64,000 nt of DNA, taken from contig CM120640.1 of the NCBI GenBank assembly GCA_051362555.1, forward strand, positions 41,394,788 to 41,458,787, given 5' to 3'. The DNA comes from Lingula anatina. Its lineage: Eukaryota > Animalia > Brachiopoda. Each line of letters starts with the position of its first letter. Position 1 is the first letter of the stretch. Position numbers and translations under genes: made by a program. Below the pieces are notes generated by a model, which saw only the letters and a list, made by a program, of their open reading frames with translations, did not search any database and was not told the origin of the DNA. Shown piece by piece: positions 51,225-64,000 of the stretch.

Positions 51225-51340
51225 GTCTTGTATGTCGCAGCTCAAAATGAAGAGTACCTTTTCACCTTTTCTTGCGCAGACACTAGTGCGCAGGGAGGGC
51301 TCTGCTGACGTCACAATTAAAGGATGGTCCCGATTGGAAG
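51225..51340 (-). promoter_or_regulatory. Aldolase 5' UTR exon and proximal promoter
   Basis: Minus-strand donor AC|GTAAGT at 51224. Perfect CRE TGACGTCA at 51306-51313. CCAAT on the minus strand at about 51333-51337. Confidence 0.55.
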
Positions 51341-51583
51341 GCTACTATAGGCTAAGGAGCTGGGGATATTCCGCTAGAGGACACTTCATGCTTAGACCGG
51401 TCTGAACGGTTCGCTGCTAAAAAATCTATACATAACCTGTTACACATTCACAAATCTATTGACCATTAAATAAGTAGAAATTTATAGACTGACGACTTGC
51501 TGGGTATTTAAAGTGATCAATTTTATTTCAAAGTAAAAGAAAAATGTTTGCAAACTGATTACTAAGAAAGTGTATAACGTTAA

Positions 51584-51906
51584 AGGGATAACCTTTTGCT
51601 TTGGACAAAAATGAATTTTCATGTAGTGAACAACAATTTTCCCATACTTACCAATGGTGAATGAATCCATTTTTACATTCAAAGTTAGTCCCTGTTTTTT
51701 TTTGTTTTTTTTTCTAAAAAGTTTGTTATCTCTTAAGATATTATAACAGAGTTTAGCCATCAATGGAGGTCATGTGGTCTAAAGACAAGCTCAGATATCA
51801 GAATAATAGCTATAAGTGCCGTTTTTGTGGTATACCATATTTCTATGAGTTGTTCACAATGTTTTTATTGTGAAATATAGAACTCATACGAAGAGTTATT
51901 ATTCCT
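51584..51906. mobile_element. TTAA-flanked MITE (about 320 bp) between aldolase and vasa
   Basis: TTAA|AGGGATAA ... TTATTCCT|TTAA (TTAA at 51580-51583 and 51907-51910). A second copy is at 32579-32902. Confidence 0.75.
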
Positions 51907-52324
51907 TTAATTATGTACACTTTCCTCCAACGCGCGTTTTGTGCCTGGAACACATGTATTAGCCAGAGACAAATTAATCTAACCCTGGTAGAGGGTAAAA
52001 TTCTAGCAGAACCTGAAAATCTTGTAAGCTCAAGAAAGAATTGCGACGGTAACGGTTCATAAGTAGGGCCTACCCTAGGTTCTAGATTCCGGTATTGCCA
52101 GCTCGATCTTGATTTCATATATTATAACCCATATCAGCAATACCAGGTTGAAGCCCGATTCACAGTTACTCTAACACTCAGGGCATTCATAAGGGACCTA
52201 CGGGAATCTTAAAAATAACAAGACTACCGGTATTTACATTCATAAAAAACATTGGGCATCGTCAGATCTTAGTCCCGGAAAAGGCGACACAGCGCTCCTG
52301 TCGTGTACAGTTTGTAAAACCGTT

Positions 52325-52348
52325 GAGAGAGAGAGAGAGAGAGAGAGA
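52325..52348. repeat. (GA)n microsatellite
   Basis: About 12 GA units upstream of vasa. Confidence 0.9.
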
Positions 52349-53504
52349 TCTTCATTTACACTTTAAATAATATGATAGGCGTAGGAGAACTGGATGGATA
52401 GGGACATTATGTCACCAATGTAGCGAGAGCTTTCCGACTCTTGCCAGTGTTTTGTCAACCACGCGCCAGTCTAAAAGGTAGAAGAGGGCAATGGAGTATC
52501 CCCCGCCCCCGTCACTATTTTTTCTGCATCGTTCGAATGGTTAAAGGCCTACCGTGTTATTTGCTTCTTACGCTCCTGATGGACCTACGCTGTGCAACGT
52601 ACACGTATATACATATGTAACTTCTTTTGGCAGTTATAATAATAATATATTATCATATGTAATTGGAGGTCATCAAGAAATTGATTTATGTTGGGCCCAT
52701 GATACATCCGATACATGGATCCAAGAATTAATGTATTGGGATTGGGTGACAGAAACAGAAAGCAGCTTTCAAATTTGATGTTAACCCAGCCCCCCCCCCC
52801 CCCCCCCCTTCACGGACATTTCAAGACCTAGCGATCGGTTTTCAATAATATCTCAATTTTTTTTAATACAAAGCCAGCATGATTTTATTATTAAAAGGAA
52901 TAAAATACATTATTTCTTTGATAATATAGGAGATGAAGGATAAATGTATGTTCCCGTTTACAAGAACTACTGACCAAGACAAGAAAAGTGTAATTTTGGT
53001 CCAAATGGTAACGCGACGTTATTTTTAAGTAACACAAATTTCTTGAAAACAAAAAGCCAGCAGCACTGCAGCAGTGCCGTTCCCAAAACACAGTGCCCAG
53101 CTTATAAAACTACAGCAGATTGTCTTGGGAACTTGGAAAATTCTGCAGTAATTATGTTTGTAATATCGGCGCCAGAAATTTCTAAGTCGGTGATTGGCGG
53201 AAAGAGTCCACGTGACTGACAGGGGTTCACCATGTGCTTGTGCTGAGGTGCAGTGTGACAAGTGATTACCAGACTTCAGCGGAGCCACGGCACTTATCTT
53301 TCATTTTATTGCGTATTCAAAAGTTCCTGCTCAACTTACTTTGAAGGGCATATTTTTCTTCATTGAAGGAGAGGCGCAGAGCTAACTCTAATACAGATAA
53401 ATACTCGATTTCCACTAGGCATATCGCACTGTTTCTGGGCACCTGTTGAGTGTTGCTGTGTCCACTTGAAGCACGAGGCAGGGGCATCGAATTTGTTTAA
53501 TATC

Positions 53505-61291
<7,787 letters not shown>

Positions 61292-61424
61292 TAGTGGTCA
61301 TAATGTTTCGGTCTTTGTTTTAATCCAAAACACCTGTATACGATTTCTCAATATTTAAGGAAAAGAGAAGACATTTCTTCTGGAAGTATTTATTTCAAAT
61401 AAGTTGAAATCTTATTCAATGATG

Positions 61425-64000
61425 TTTTTTTATGTACAGACACAGATGTGTCTGTACATATAGCCGTCATCTGCGTCTGTCGTCGCCGTGCACTTTTACC
61501 GATAACACGATAAGTGGAAAACTGTTTTACTTTTTGGCTTGAAACTTACAGAACTGATGAATATTCATAATACGCAGGTCAAGTTTGAAAATCAGCGTGA
61601 TTGGGTCATTTTTAGTGAATTTAGGCTATTTTTTCTCTTTTTTCAGCATAAATGCAGCACCGATAACATGATAAGTGGAAAACCATTTTACTTTTTGGCT
61701 TGAAACTTACAGAACTGATAAATATTCATAATACACAGGTCAAGTTCGAAAATCGGCATGATTGGGTCATTTTTTAGTGAATTTAGGCTATTTTTTCTCT
61801 TTTTTCAGCATATATACAGCACCGATAACACGATAACTGGAAAACCGTTTTGGCTTTTGGCTTGAAACTTACAGAACTGATAAATATTTATAATACGCAG
61901 GTCAAGTTCGAAAATCAGCATGATCGGGTGACTTGTAGGGAAGTTATGCTGTTTTTTTTTTTACTTTTTTCAGCATATATGCAGCACCGATAACACGATA
62001 AGTGGAAAACCGCTTTACTTTTTGGTTTCAAACTTACAAAACTGATGAAGATTCATAATTCGCAGATCAAGTTCGAAAATCAGCATGATCAAGCCATTTT
62101 TAGGGGAGTTATGCTATTTTTTCACTTTTTTCAACATATATGCAACACTGATAACACTATATAAGAAAAACAGATAGGCCAATTGTCATTATACTTACAG
62201 GAGTGGTCAATCTTACTAAAATGCAGGTTGAGTTGGAAAATCAGCATAATCTGGCCATTATTTTAGAAGTTATGCTGTTTTTTCACATTTCCTCAGATTC
62301 AATTCTTAAGCATGTTAACAGTCTCATTATTTAACTAATAAGATACATAAAAGTGTTTGTTTGATATTTCCTGCATCTTTACAACATTGTTAGTTGATTA
62401 TGTAAAAATGATGGTAAACTTGATGGCGTGTATTGTGTAATAAAGTGTCAAAAATGGAAATAAACTCATATCATATCATATTGCAGTTTGTTAGATTCAA
62501 TCATCAACTATGTTCAGAATCTCAGAATGGAGGAAATTGGACATTTAACACTGTTCTATTGATATTTTTCCCATCTCGTCAATTTTCTTAGTTGGTCATA
62601 TAAAAATGGAAGTATACTGTTTATTTTGTTTTGTTTAAAAAGTGTTAAAATGGAAATAAACCCATTTCAGAACAGTGCTGTCTTTTTTACAGTTTGGCAT
62701 TTTTAAGATGTGACTTTGAAGTTCCATGAGCCTGCAGATCTTTGCTAGTCACATTTTCTGAATATCCATGATACTAATATTTTATGATTAAAAATTGATG
62801 ATCATTATGCTGTTAAACATTATGTAATATTGCATCAAGATTCGAAGAAACCCATATTTTGGGCACTGCTCCCATGATGACCATTTAAAGAAAATCATGT
62901 CACTTACTGTTATCAAACTTACAGGAAAGAAATGTGGGTCTAAAATACAGCTTCAGTAGGCAATGCAGTCTGTTTGGTAATTTTTTCTGGCAGTTAAACA
63001 GTTTTTTGTGAAAATTTAATTTTTCACTTATTGGCATTTTCAAGGTGTGACTTTGAAGTTCCATGATTCTGAAGACCTTTGCTTGTCATGTTTTCTGAAA
63101 ATCCATGTTACTAATATTCTATTAAGTAAAAATTGATGGTCATATATGCTGTTAAGCATTATGTAATGTTGCTTCAAAATAGAAGAAAACACAATTTTTG
63201 GTGCTGCTGCCATGATGACCATTATGGGAAAACCGTGTTACTTATGACTGTCAAACCTTAAAAAAAGAAACACTGTACTAAAATGCAGCCTGAGTTGGAA
63301 AAGCAGTCTAATTGGCTTCTTTTTCGGGAAGTTATACATTTGAGTGAAATATTCATTAACTTTTTGGCATATTCATTGTGGGACTCGGAGCTCCCATGGA
63401 CATGAAGCCGAATGGTAATCAAATTTTCTACATGTCCATGCTATTTGTAATCAATAATCAAAAATTGGTTATAATTATTCTATAATTTATTATGCAATGT
63501 TACATCAAAATTGACAATAATCTTTTTGCACTGCTACTGCAAACATTATGAAAAGAAAACTGTGTTACTTATTATTATTTTTAACTTATGAGAATGATTT
63601 TTAGGATTGGCATGCAGTTAAAATTAGAAAGCTAGGTCAATTGGGTTATCGTTTATTATTGAATTTATGCAATTTTGTGTGAAATTTTCATTTTTTTATT
63701 CTGGCACTTTCTAAGTATAAACTTGAACTCTGATGGGCCTGAAGCCTTATGCTTTTACTTTGGTCGGTGTTACCTGCTGTGCATAATTAAAATATGATGT
63801 TGACTTTGCAGTTAAACATAATTTATCATTTCATCAGAATTGGTAGTCTCCTATTTTGTGCATTATTGTTTTGTGCTTTTCTTAAGATGTGACTTACGGG
63901 CCTGAAGGGTCTTTGAGAGGGTCAGTCTGTAAATTTCCCTTGGGTATCACTTAGCTAAGCTCTGAGTTATAAAGTAATTTGCCTAATTGATTATTAATAG
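61425..64000 (+). mobile_element. Helentron/HINE-like family B copy 2 in a vasa intron (3' end not seen in the window)
   Basis: Same 5' T-run, ATGTACAGACACAGATGTGTCTGTACAT hairpin and GTC repeat. About 5 units of 161-165 bp (GATAACA at 61501, 61662, 61824, 61989, 62150). Colinear with 44796-46975 up to about 63865. Confidence 0.82.

Noticed and set aside
61550-62090. CTGATGA...CGAAA in the 160-bp tandem units, suggesting a hammerhead ribozyme or retrozyme
   Set aside because: The sequence between CUGAUGA and GAAA does not form a closing stem II, and CTGATGA changes to CTGATAA in two units.

Overview
AT-rich, intron-dense animal genomic DNA, most likely a lophotrochozoan such as a mollusc (inferred from gene structure and repeat types). 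It is not prokaryotic, and I found no rRNA, tRNA or CRISPR array. Six spliced protein-coding genes sit in strictly alternating orientation as three head-to-head pairs: RBM19(-)/UBE3B(+), RSRC2(-)/CCDC86(+) and fructose-bisphosphate aldolase(-)/vasa-DDX4(+). The last vasa exon lies beyond the window. The introns carry two families of non-autonomous Helentron/HINE-like elements with internal satellites (146-bp and about 160-bp units), TTAA-flanked MITEs and foldback MITEs. A hAT-like element with a 6-bp TSD and a nested insertion lies between UBE3B and RSRC2. Best leads: (1) the CCDC86 stop codon AGG-TGA-C, where a +1 shift restores the conserved EKRD motif and the 0 frame stays open for 67 more codons; (2) nucleosome-length satellite units that each carry nuclear-receptor DR1 and TCAAGGTCA sites; (3) a triplicated UBE3B exon end and splice donor at a Helentron junction; (4) a strongly self-complementary segment in vasa intron 2. 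All assignments were made by eye, without database searches.
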